From assembly GCA_038496445.1 (NCBI GenBank), contig JALMLS010000287.1, positions 62,001 to 126,000 on the forward strand: 64,000 bases of DNA, written 5' to 3'. Source of the stretch: Trichosphaerium sp. ATCC 40318. Taxonomy: Eukaryota; Protista; Tubulinea. The notes under the pieces are model-generated. The model was given only the letters and a program-made list of their open reading frames with translations. It was not told the origin of the DNA and did no database searches. The position numbers were made by a program, and so were the translations under genes. Shown piece after piece: positions 52,753 to 64,000 of the stretch. Numbering within the stretch: position 1 is the first letter of the stretch; each line of letters opens with the position of its first letter.

Positions 52753-54208
52753 CTATTTTAAGAAAACTAGGTACTTTAAATTTGTTCTCCAATATCTTAC
52801 CAGAACGGTTATTAAACATAGCATCTAACATAGCACTTGCGCTTTCCTAGGTGACAACTATAAGTAAAAACTAAGAAAAAAACATTACCTTGCTAGGAAC
52901 TTTAGACTCCGAATTTGGTAAGTATGCTTCTAAGGCAACTACTAGTTTGAATTGACTCTCATATCGTAAACCTTTGTCTTTAGACTCTGGTGTATCACTA
53001 CTCCAAATATCAACACTTGTAGTACCAAATGAGTCTCTCCATCTTAACATCATTAGCGTTTACCGAAGAACAAAGACTTTGAGTTCGAAGCGCACTTTTC
53101 ATAAAAACCACGTTCTTCAGCATTCCACGATTCCCATATAGACCTTGATTTGTCTGCAAGATTCCAAGCAATTGCTTCGTAAATGCCTGGTATAAACACT
53201 TCTTCTAGTGTTGGATCTTTATCTAAAGGAAGGTTTAAATAACCACTTAACTTAACTAGCGATGTACGTATTGCATGGAGAAGGGGTAGTACAGCGTAAG
53301 ATGCATCATGTTCCGCTTGTGCAGTGTTTGATACTTGCTTTCCTATATGTTGCAAGATGTGAATAACTTCATGACAAGGCACCTGCAGAACAATCAGTTT
53401 CAATTCGAAAAGCAAGTACAAAAAAAAAAACCACGTGCTCTACAACATTGAAAGAAGAAATTGCGATAAAATAAATCCCAATCAAGCTGTCCCTCTAGTT
53501 GCATTACGTAAGATTACAACATCTAGAAAGTATGGTCTTTTAAGATGACTTACTTCCCCACAGCTTCTTCCTCATGTACTCCAAATGAGGTTGTGTAAGT
53601 GTATCAACATTTGGCATAGAAACGCAACTATAATGTGGCCAAGCACACCAATGTGTCTCATAAGGGATCATGTCAGGTCTACCACGCGCTTAAGTAATCA
53701 ATGCAAATAATCAAAGTATTGTACATACGCTCCACATGGTTCATTTGGTACAACCTTGATAGCATCCATAGCAGAAGCCTCAAGATATGGGCAATTTGTT
53801 TTGAAGAATTTCGCTGCTGCCTTAATTATTTTATCGGCCACGTGTGCGTAGCGGTATTTGTCTTTGTTACTAGTAATACTAGATGAGACTTTGGCGTGTA
53901 TTTCATTGATTTGGTCCAAAGAAATAGGTTTTCCTTTTGCCTTCAAAACAATTGTTTCATCGGAGTTCTAGCGGCCGGGTTAGTCGCTTTGAGGGTAAGT
54001 GAGTTACCTCAAGAGTAAGATTGTAGCCGTTTAGACTTTCTTTGTGATTATTTGCAACAGAAAGAAGTAGTGACGCTGTAAATCGATCGGTTACGCGTAA
54101 TCTAATGATATGAGAGCTTTCAGTGGCGTTTCGTTTGTAAATATCCAGCACTGAGTGAATAAGAGTATCAGTGAGTATTTTGCTAGCTTTAGTTGTTGTA
54201 GATGCCAT
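52753..54208 (-). CDS. Hypothetical protein with HExxH zincin-like motif
   Basis: VPCHEVIHILQH followed by AEHDAS, a candidate third zinc ligand. Multi-exon, end approximate. Confidence 0.55.
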
Positions 54209-54905
54209 CAATTGTGTTACAAAGACTATTACGTAGCAAACGACTAACTTAACGTAGCGTTTTTCACAGAATTACAACCTGAACAGAACCTTTTACGTAT
54301 ACTACCCGTAAATGATATTATTGGCTGTTGTACATATTACACGACTACGAAATGTTGTAGATCATTACGGCTTAGTGGCTAGAGTATTGTACTCTCGACT
54401 TTCTCAAATGCAACATAACAAGAATAAGATTAATTGAAACAGAACCACGAAGTTTGTTTGCGGCTCTTGTTTTTTTCTTGTTGGTGTTAGCAGTCGCAAA
54501 CCTGGTCCACAACATGTGTATTACAAAGGCATATAGTGGCATTCGTAGTCACAAACAACTAGCCATAGATAATACGTATAGCCATGTATTTTTCACCAAG
54601 TTTTTGGCTAAGTATTCAGATTTTGAGAACGTAAGCATAAGTAGTAATATAATGAGTCCGTGCATGTCTTTTTACCTTGGGATAAAGGTCTTTAGTTTCT
54701 TGGGTATAGTCACTGAATTTATTTAATGACTGAGTTCACTTACTAAGAAAGACATTGACTAAGTCCATCTTAAGAGTCAAATTGCTTGCGCACTTCTTTT
54801 TCGCATCAACTACGCTATTAACCGCTCATGTTACAACGTATGTCAGGTGAGTAAGTAATAACGATCTTACATGTACTAGGCACTCTTGCAGCTCACAGGT
54901 TTCGT

Positions 54906-57149
54906 ATGCGCTCTGTAGTAAGAGTTTCTGCACCTACAGCAACTAAAACTGTTGAAAAAGATGTACACTGCACCAACAGGCACTACAACAACGGTCCATC
55001 CAACTACAGGCCTTATTCCAGTAAACGGACATTTTACAGTTCAGTACGCTTTCTACTTTACGATTCGACATGTGTACCAGCGATTTTTTCAAACAAGACT
55101 TTTATTAAGGTTGCTATTTTGTTCTCGTCCGCCCGCGCCTTTATCTTCATTTCTAACCGTCTTATTTGATAGGGTTTTAAAGAACAAAACAATAAACGAT
55201 TGCAAGAAACACGTGTTCATAAAGATGAAGAAGGAAACGACAACAGCGGTAGTTTAGAAGGAGAATGTAAAGAATGGCATGAAAACGGACAATTAAGTTG
55301 CAAGTACTTTGTGAAGGATGGCAAGAAAGAAGGCGACATAGAATGTTGGGATGAAAATGGTGAGATGTATTTGAAGGGATGTTTTTCAAACGGTGATAGT
55401 GCACGTGTTGATCCGAACAAGTGGTTACATTACAACAGCGAGTTTAGAGCAGTTTCTATGTTAAATGAGGTTGTACCTCGCCTTTCTAGTGTCCATACTA
55501 TTGATCTTTCTTTTTGCAATGATATTACAGATAGCAAACTACGTGACCTTTCAGGTGTTCATACAATCAAGCTCGGTAGTTGTTATTCACGTGAACTCAC
55601 ACACAAGGGTATTGAAGCTCTCGCTGGCGTTCATACTATTGACCTATCACGGAATGGGAGTGAAGAAATCAAGAGAGGGCTCAAAGCGCTAAATAGTGTT
55701 CATACTATTAACTTGCAACATTGTGGTGCTATACGTGATGACTATCTCAAAGCTCTTGCTGGCGTTTATTCGATCAACCTTGAAAGTTGTGAAGTGACTG
55801 ACGAAGGTGTCAAAGCTCTGAAAGGTGTTCATACAATTAACCTTTCTTGCACTAATGTAACGGATGAAGGTATTAAAGCACTTAAAGGTGTTCATACCAT
55901 TAACCTTGACAACTGCCAATACATATCAGATGAAGGCATTAAGGCACTCAAAGGCGTTCATACAATTAGGCTTAATACTTGCAACATAACTGATGAAGGC
56001 ATCAAACAACTGAAAGGTGTTCATACTATCGATTTATCATTCACCGCAGTATCAGATAGAGGCATTAAGGAACTTTCTGGTGTTCACAGTATTGGCCTTT
56101 TAACTACAAATGTAACAGATGATGGTATTAGAGCGCTTAAAGGTGTTCACACCATAAAACTTGCACATTGCAGACATATATCAGATGAAGGAATTTCATT
56201 TCTCAACGGCGCTAATACTATTGACCTTTCCGCTACTCCAATAACAGATAAGGGTATCAAGGCTCTTGCTGGTGTCTATTTTATAGACCTAAGTTATACT
56301 TCAGTAACTAATGAAGGTATTAAAGCGCTAAAAGGTGTTCATACTATTAGCCTACAACAAACAAATGTGACGAATGTGAATGAACTTGTCGGGGTTTCTG
56401 CTATTAACCTTCAAGAGACTATGGTAACAGATGAAGGCATTCAAAACCTCGCTGGCGTACATACCATTGACCTCTTTAATTGTACAGGAGTAACAAGTGA
56501 GGGTATCAAGGCACTTGCAGGTGTTCATACTATTGATCTTGGTTGTACTAATGTGACAGATGATGGCATCAAAGCTCTTAAAGGTGTTCACTCTATTGAC
56601 CTTAGGGACACTTCAGTAACCGATGAAGGCATTAACACTCTCAACGGGGTTCATACGATTATCCTTGATAACGCTCCAGTTACAGATGAAGGGATTAAGA
56701 AACTTGCTGGTGTTCATACTATCGATCTTTGCGATTGCCAAGAAATAACCACCGAAGGTATAAAAGAGCTCAGAGGTGTTCATACTATTAACTTGACCCG
56801 CACTACAGTAGAAGATGAAGGTGTCAAAGAGCTCAAGGGCGTTCATACCATTAACCTTTGTGAAACAGACGTGACTGATGACGGCATCAAAGCGCTTTCT
56901 GGTGTACATACTATTGACCTTTGTAGAACTAAAGTTACAGACAAATCTATAGAAGCACTTAAAGGTGTGAAAGCCATTAATCTTGAAGGATGCGAAGGCA
57001 TAACAACAAAAGATCCTCTCTCTTTCTATGGCATTTCAACCCTTAATCTTATGGACACTAGTGTCGAAACATACAATATTAGAATGCCTCCTGGGTTTGA
57101 ATTTTATGACTTTAATGATTATGAAATAAATATCAACAAACCATGGTGA
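54906..57149 (+). CDS. MORN-variant repeats (about 2) plus about 23 LRRs, one 5' intron
   Basis: Exon 1 (54906-55043) splices in phase 0 via intron 55044-55172 into the long ORF. EGECKEWHENGQL repeats, then GVHTIDLxxTxVTDEGIKAL repeats. Confidence 0.85.
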
Positions 57150-57724
57150 TAACCTTAATAAAACAATTACATTACACCTTTTTTTAAAATCTCTGTCCTG
57201 TCTTGCTTTACAGTTTCAATATGTATGTAAACTTCCATAAAATACACGCTACAAGAGCTATGTATATCAACCAAATGTTGCTTTTTCTTCAGTGTAACCT
57301 CAAGTGTAAGTTATGAACGCCGTTAAATAGTGCAAGCCTCGTGTCGTAAGAAAAATTAGAATGTAAATGCATTGACCATTGCAATCTTCAAGTTGGCAAC
57401 TGGCAGGTTCATAATTATGGTAATGTTGGCACGTCAGCGTCCACGTTTCCGTCTTGTGGCTAAAAATCCGAATAATGTGCGAATAAGGAACTTACCTATA
57501 ACAACGTCTCAGATTACTCTTGTTACATGTACAGTTACAATGTATCCTCCCTAAATTAACTTGAAAGAGGAATACAATTAGCCAAAACTTGTGCTGATAA
57601 ATCAGTAATTGCCAGGTCAAGCGTTCGTTTTACCCAATCACGTGTACAAGGCAAAACTACCTCAAGCTAAACGGTGTTCATTGTCCTAGCATTAACGGCA
57701 AGACGACGCGGATAATTGCTATCA

Positions 57725-59197
57725 ATGGCAACACAACGCAAGGTACTTGCTCTTGTTACTCATACGTATGCGTTAGGTCCTATTTTAACGACTAAATAGG
57801 AGAATACAACAAAATTGGGTTATGTCAATCTATTACAGCTTCCAACCGAGCTACATCTCGATATTATCGATCTAGACTATGAAGTGTACACAAAATGGCC
57901 TGTTTTATCCTCACAAGCGGCAATGAATACAAGGTTTGATGACGACTTAGAAAAACATGGAAAATGGGTGAAAAAGGGATATGAGCGATACAGCGCAGTC
58001 ACTCATGTACAGGAGACAAATACTTTGTTTGGACATAACCTTTGTGAATATGTAAAACAATTTAAAAGGACCATGAAAACACGTGTAGAATATTACTCTA
58101 AACAAGGTTGCAGAGGAAATCAAATAGTGAACTTAAGACATCCTACATTACAAGTTATACATATTGAACGCTGGAGACATGGTAAACTACATGGAGAGTT
58201 CAAAGGATTCCATGAACTAAAACGTGATATTGGAGGTGATCTAATAGTAGCAGAGAAAGGACGGTATGTCAATGGTGAGCTTGGTGGGGAGTACAAGTGT
58301 TGGGATCAAAACAATGTTTTGGTGAAGAAGTGTAACTTTGTGAATGGTAAGCTTCAAGGAGAATATAAACTTTGGGTTCCGTACAATAGTGTTGATTGTA
58401 TATCACAGAGAGGTACTTTTGTTGATGATAAACTTAATGGGATATGTGAGTTTTGGTATAGTGGTAGCATTAGCAAACAGTGTTATTTTGAACATGATAA
58501 ACCTAAAGGAGAGTACCAATCGTGGAGTGAAGCTAAATTAATTGAAAAAGGAGATTATGTCAATGGTGTACAAGAAGGGGAATGGAATGAATGGAATGAG
58601 TCTGGCCAATCATGTCATCAAGTAAACTATGTGAATGGGAAAAGAGAAGGATACTTAAAGTTCTGGCATGATAATGGTCAATTGCAGAGTCAGACTAGTT
58701 ATGCCAATGATGTAGAAGAAGGAGAGAGTAAGGAATGGGATGAAAACGGCCGATTGGTTTTTTGTAAAACTTACTCTGGTGGTCATTTGCATGGAGAGTA
58801 TAAGCATTGGTATGAAAATGGGCAATTGCAAATTCAATGTAATTACATCAATGGTAGCAGAGAGGGACTTTGTAATCATTGGAATGAAAAGGGCATATTA
58901 GAATTACAGATCACTTATGTAAATGATAAACATGAAGGGGATTACAAGCTATGGTATGATAATGGCCAATTGAGAGAGCAATGCAACTATGTAAATCATA
59001 AACGAGAAGGTGAAGACAAGTATTGGTATGACAATGGTCAATTGAAACAGCTAAGTAATTATGTAAATGGTTTATTGGAAGGAGAGGTAAAGGTTTGGTA
59101 CGACAATGGCCAATTGAAACAACTGAGCAATTATGTCAATGGTAAATTGGTCGGAGAGTGCAAGTGTTGGAATAGAAACGGTCAGTTGAAAGAGTAG
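57725..59197 (+). CDS. F-box-like N-terminus plus about 13 MORN-variant (YwqK-like) repeats, one 5' intron
   Basis: MATQRK, intron 57743-57799, then ENTTKLGYVNLLQLPTELHLDII. 24-aa repeats GEYKxWYDNGQLxxxxNYVNGK. Confidence 0.85.
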
Positions 59198-59466
59198 CCA
59201 TTACATCAATGGTACTGGAATGAGTGAAGAGTGTTGTTTTATTAAGTGCCAATAAAGAATAAAGATTATCGTTTGTAGAAAATCATAACAACCATCTTGA
59301 CAAAAAATTAAGGAAGCAGGTACACATGTGTCGAGCTAGTGAAATTCGCATTTACAAGATGTAAGTAGTAAATAGTTATTAACACGTGATATCATGCCAT
59401 TAGTTTCGGAAAGCAAAAAGATAAACAGTGTCAATTTCAAAGATTTATTTTTTTTCTTGGTTTTAT

Positions 59467-61834
59467 TTACAACTCCCATTTTTTCTTTATTTTGAACATA
59501 GTCATAAAGTCAGCAATAGTATGAACTACCTTAGTATCTAATATTCCTTTACGTGGTATCTTCATTACCATAGGACCATGTTCTTGACACTCTTTATCAT
59601 TACAACACAAACAGTGTGGTTTAGGTACATCACATACTTGAAAGTTATGTTCCATACCAAGGTATATCCTATAAGCATAGTTCTTTGGTGTATACCTGAA
59701 TCCATCAAAGTATTTAAAGGATGAAACAAGGTGTTTATTTTTCATCCAATCAGAAGGTATAGAGCATCGTTTCATAGGTTCATTTGAGGAGAATAGTCGT
59801 AATGACTCAGAAAAGAAAGGTTTAAACATTGACATTGGCACTCTAAGTGAATCAGGTGCAACAAGCAGCCTGCAAAAGAACATGTATCCGCACCTTGCCA
59901 GATGCTTGTACCAATTCTCTCGTACTTTATTCTCATTCCTATATTTAAGAGGGAACTGTGGGACAGCAAGAGATGAAGAAGATAGCTGCTCTAAACGAAA
60001 AAAAATTAGAAAAAAAAAAGAAAGACTCTAACGATGACAACTTTGTTTACCTCTTATCTTCTTCATCTGGTTTTCATATGGAACGATATACTTCCTATCT
60101 GTAATAACAAGTTCTAATTGCTTTAATCCAGCCTCATAAGCCAATGTTTTAAATGCAATAGACCTCACATGGATAAAAGGAATAAAAATGACTGAACTAC
60201 CAGACTTAGCAAAAGCTAACATCCAAGCCTGACTTCCAGTTCCTATAACTATAACATCCGCTGCATATATACGCGATACATAATCGCAAAAAGGAAGGTC
60301 ATCTGTGATAAGACCCGCATCAAAACCTTGATCAATAGTCCATTCACAGAGCGACTCAGCGTTTGCTATCTGTCTATTCCAACCACGTTGTATGAAGAGA
60401 ACGGTCTTTGCTACTTCGTGTTTTTTTCTTGGTTCAACACCACACATCTCAAGTGTCTTACTTCTATAACTACTGAGAGCTTCTTGACTACCAAAAAAAT
60501 TGACATTGTCTGAAGGTACAAGTAGACTTTTAAAGCATAGAGGTTTTGTCTTATCGTATTGATCATACTCTGATATTTCAGGTATTGTAAACTTTCTCCA
60601 TTTAAAGTTTGATCTAAGCGCTTCACAAGTCCATGTCGGCCAATTTTTAATGCTTTTTTTAGCTTTTAATTCGTTAGGATATGTCCATAGTATATGCTCT
60701 ATATGACCGATTTCGTTTTGTAGTTGGTTTAGTTTAAAAAGAACTTCACTTGTATGACCTGGATGTGAAACAGCTACAAAAAGTTAGAAGTCTTGGCAGT
60801 AAGAAAATTTTAAGAAAATAGAAGTTGCTCGGGTACAAACGCCTGGCAAAAAATAAAAAAATGCACTATTACTACTACATAAATATTTTTGTTATTGCGA
60901 TTATGTTTCGCAACATGAAATTATACGAAAAGGAAAAGAGATTTGGTTTAATTTTTTTTTTTTTTCGATATTTCATTGTAGTTGCTAGTTACTTGACGTA
61001 CACTTGTCCCATGGATTATCCCATAGTAATGTATTTTCTGATATCCAATTTACTGTATTTGGAGGTGTTGTAGAAACGATAAGGTTGAAATGGAACGATA
61101 GAGTTCTAATTTCACTACCGGTATTAAACCACCATTCCTTATGATTTTGTTTGAATTGATTACTATTTTTAGTGTAGAACTCAAATTGATTGTCTCGTAT
61201 ACACACATTATTATACAAACAGTGACCTATGTATATTATTATAACTCAAGGGCATAACGAACTTTGAAAATTTTGTACTTACCATTCTTTGAACAGCCTT
61301 CTTTGGAAAACTCGCCGAAACCACTAAAATCGAAATTAAATAAAAAGTTTTCGGTTTTTACGGCTTGTACGTTTCAGTTTTTGCTTTTTCGAACTTCACA
61401 TGTGGACAAATAAACTTGTCTTTGTGATAGTACGGATTATAGCGATTAGAAAGAGGTCTACACGGAAACTGTCCTGTATTCTCTGGAGCGTTCTTCAGCG
61501 TCATATACAGGCGTATTTGCTTCTTTACATGCTGTGACAATTGTAAACTGCTCGAATAGCGCTTATTGCGCAATTGGGCCACGTTACTTATCCCTTGGCG
61601 ATATAGAGACGCTAAAATGCTTATTTTGTACGCAGAATGTTTGACATAAAACACGTCTGCAATTAGTTTCGCCACAGAAAGGTTATCGGTGAAGTGAGCG
61701 TTGCTCCAGTCGAGCGAAATACGCGGAGGGCCATCAGTGACGTTGCGAAGTTTTGTCTGAGCCAAATACAAGTTTGCTACCATCCACAGTATCACACAAC
61801 CCAATAGCCATCCGTAAACACTAGCTTGTCGCAT
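59467..61834 (-). CDS. Type II membrane glycosyltransferase, GT61/DUF563-like
   Basis: N-terminal TM MRQASVYGWLLGCVILWMVANLYL. SHPGH, VLFIQRGWNRQIAN, LPFCDYV..IYAADVIVIGTGS..WMLAFAKSGSSVIFI. Confidence 0.65.
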
Positions 61835-62197
61835 TTGAGCGTCTACAAAGGCGAAAAAGAGTTCATTAAAAGCACCAAGCGCGTGACGCCCCAAAAATGT
61901 TGTGTTGGGGTTACTATCTAACACATGACTGCACTTAATGACTATTAAGTTGTAATAAATATGAATCAACATAACTGTGGGTAACCAAGTGGATTTGAAA
62001 ACGCGTTTTAAAATATCTGGTTTTGGATAAAACGTGTCTAGTTTTGTGACAACAAAACACAACTATCAAAGGTCACCACCGGCAAGAGAGGTCCTACTAG
62101 AATGTTGCAACTCTCTTATTAACAAAAGAAAAACGTAAGAACTTAGAACTGTTGGAAACATCTCTAATGTAACATACAAAACGTGACATGGAATATT

Positions 62198-63718
62198 TTA
62201 CTCATCTGTGGAACTTACGCCTTCCCACATACTTTTTAATACATAAGCTGCCATCTTTGCCATTTCGACTTGCACTGCTTCTACTAAAGCATCTTCATAT
62301 GATTTTCTTATACCAGATACTATGCCCTGTGGTGTGAGATCGTCAACTGAAGTTTCAAATTGTACGCCAACATGAGGTATTCTCCACTGACTCCAGTCTG
62401 TGTCCACAACTTCCTTGCCATCTATTTCAAAGTTCACAACAGTAAGTAAAAAATGAGAATAATAATAAAGGCTTACCAATACCAACGGTTTTGGCTGCTT
62501 CTAACAATGATAGCTCCTTTAGACCAACTTCTAATTGTACGTTTGCTTTCTTCGTATCAATTAAGTGGAAGCTACCATCTACTTGAAAGTCTACCTTGCC
62601 AGTTGTGAATAGGCCAGGTGGGTTTGTTATATTAGCTACGAAAAACAATTACTACAAACGGATTGCGAGAGTACTCTCATACCTCCAAGAATAGATAGCG
62701 GAATATCATTAGCTGTAAATGAGCTAAATGACTCTAATTTATCTCCTCTTTGACTAAGTCGCCATTCACCATCATCTATCTTACCACTACCGTTTGCCGA
62801 GGTGCTGAAAAATAAGCAACAAAAAAAAAGGTATGGTTAACTGTACAATATATCAGCGAGAGCTGTCTTCTTTGAAATATTATGTCCATAGAATTGTTTG
62901 AACAAAAACCTGGGAAATTTGATACTGGATGATGTATATTCAGCAAGTTTATTATCACGTGGTGATGAGTCAACAATATTGACATCTACGTCCTATAAAA
63001 AAGATTAATGCAAGAAAACAATAAGCACGAAAATCTGTCTTACCCGTAGCTCAAGTTCTTTTATATTCCAGTCTAATGGTTTCTCTGATTCCTTTTTAAT
63101 GTCTACTGATACTTGGCTTCTCTACAGCGATGTAAGAAAGGGATATTTTGAGAAATTGGTTAAGTACACGAAGCATCAATTGATGTATTACTATGCTCGT
63201 TGGGTCTATGAGGTTAGAGAGAGCCTGAAGATATTGTAACCGCATGTAACTCGCTGAAAAATCAAAAGTAAGAGCTGGGTGATTCTTTCTTGACACTGTG
63301 AGGCCATGAAACTCCCACTGTCCAGAATGCACAGAACCTTTTGTGTTTGTAAGCATACTTTGTTGATTATAATTAATGATCCCATTTCTGTGGACAACAG
63401 TGAGCGTGCGTACCGTTTACGCTATCAAAATTAACGTTTATGCCTGTGAAAGGTTGCTTTCATTTTGTAAGCTTGATAACACTTTAGTAGGGTACCTGTA
63501 GCGTAGTAATTACTCTACAGAAATTAGTGAGTGCTTTTGTAGCGATGTTACATACCTCAACGAAATTGGCATGAAAATACTGTTACCAGTAAACACTGAC
63601 ACCGCCATTCCCGCTGTGGACAGAAAAAAGCCACCAGCGGTGTATAATGATAATCTACCGTTTAATGTTTAATAAATGAAAGGCAATAGTGTGTTAAAGA
63701 ATACCTTGCCAGCGCCAT
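62198..63718 (-). CDS. Hypothetical multi-exon protein with hydrophobic N-terminus
   Basis: MALAR|LSLYTAGGFFLSTAGMAVSV... and several coding-like exons ending at 62198. No family recognised. Confidence 0.45.
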
Positions 63719-63830
63719 CAGTGAAGAACCGTCGTTTGAAATTAAGCCTAAAAACTTTGCTTGACCATTCCAAACCACGTTGATAGCTCTTTCAAATAAC
63801 TTTTACCACAACAACGTCTAAAGTATCAGT

Positions 63831-64000
63831 ATGAACCCTGATTAGTAAGTTCGCTTTACAACTCCTAACGTACTAACAGCAAACAGCGATTTCTTATTCA
63901 AATTGCTCCTAATTGGCGACTCTGGTGTCGGTAAATCATGCTTGCTTTTACGCTTCGCTGTATGTCTCTAAATAGCTACAAAACTCTCAACAAAAACTCG
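63831..64000 (+). CDS. RAB1: Rab1/Ypt1 small GTPase (5' part, runs off window)
   Basis: MNPDY|[24 protein letters not shown] followed by a GTATGT donor. Confidence 0.95.

Larger units (their letters stand above)
70..62961. repeat. Dispersed, highly iterated palindrome CACGTG (often TCACGTGA)
   Basis: About 60 copies by manual count, e.g. 70, 4012, 6300, 6312, 6744, 7718, 8202, 9349, 10929, 12484, 13899, 16271, 19534, 20651, 23262, 26634, 32373, 32394, 33502, 37935, 40215, 49846, 57639, 59383. Confidence 0.85.

Noticed and set aside
55465-56909. Antisense and alternative-frame ORFs over the LRR gene, and CRISPR-like periodicity
   Set aside because: The 63-66 nt period is protein repeat coding with synonymous variation. 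There are no identical repeats with unique spacers.
54300-59400. Integrated giant-virus or transposon segment
   Set aside because: No viral core genes, integrase, transposase, terminal repeats or obvious composition break. Both genes have host-type 5' introns.

Overview
Gene-dense, AT-rich (roughly 35% GC by eye) eukaryotic nuclear DNA from an intron-rich protist. It is plausibly an amoebozoan (discoidin-type H-lectins, RasGEF, paxillin), but the taxon cannot be proven here. I reconstructed about 30 protein-coding genes by hand, most broken by many short (~45-220 nt) introns, so the ORF track shows only fragments and exon boundaries are manual estimates. Recognisable genes: SPP/SPPL peptidase, RasGEF, TauD-type dioxygenase, paxillin-like LD/LIM protein, UNC-93/MFSD11, SF3B4, PP2A B56, HPPD, a GT61-like glycosyltransferase and the start of Rab1. 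No rRNA, tRNA, CRISPR or clear transposon was seen. Most striking unexplained signals: (1) the palindrome CACGTG occurs about once per kb (~60 copies by manual count against ~6 expected), mostly in introns and intergenic DNA but also in exons; (2) two probable minor-spliceosome (U12) introns in non-housekeeping genes, plus several GC-AG introns and A-rich AAG acceptors; (3) many ubiquitin-ligase adaptors, including a cytosolic 3x H-type lectin-RING fusion and intron-poor, modularly shuffled F-box/LRR/MORN repeat genes; (4) a PH-domain protein with a phosphotyrosine-docking-like tail next to paxillin.
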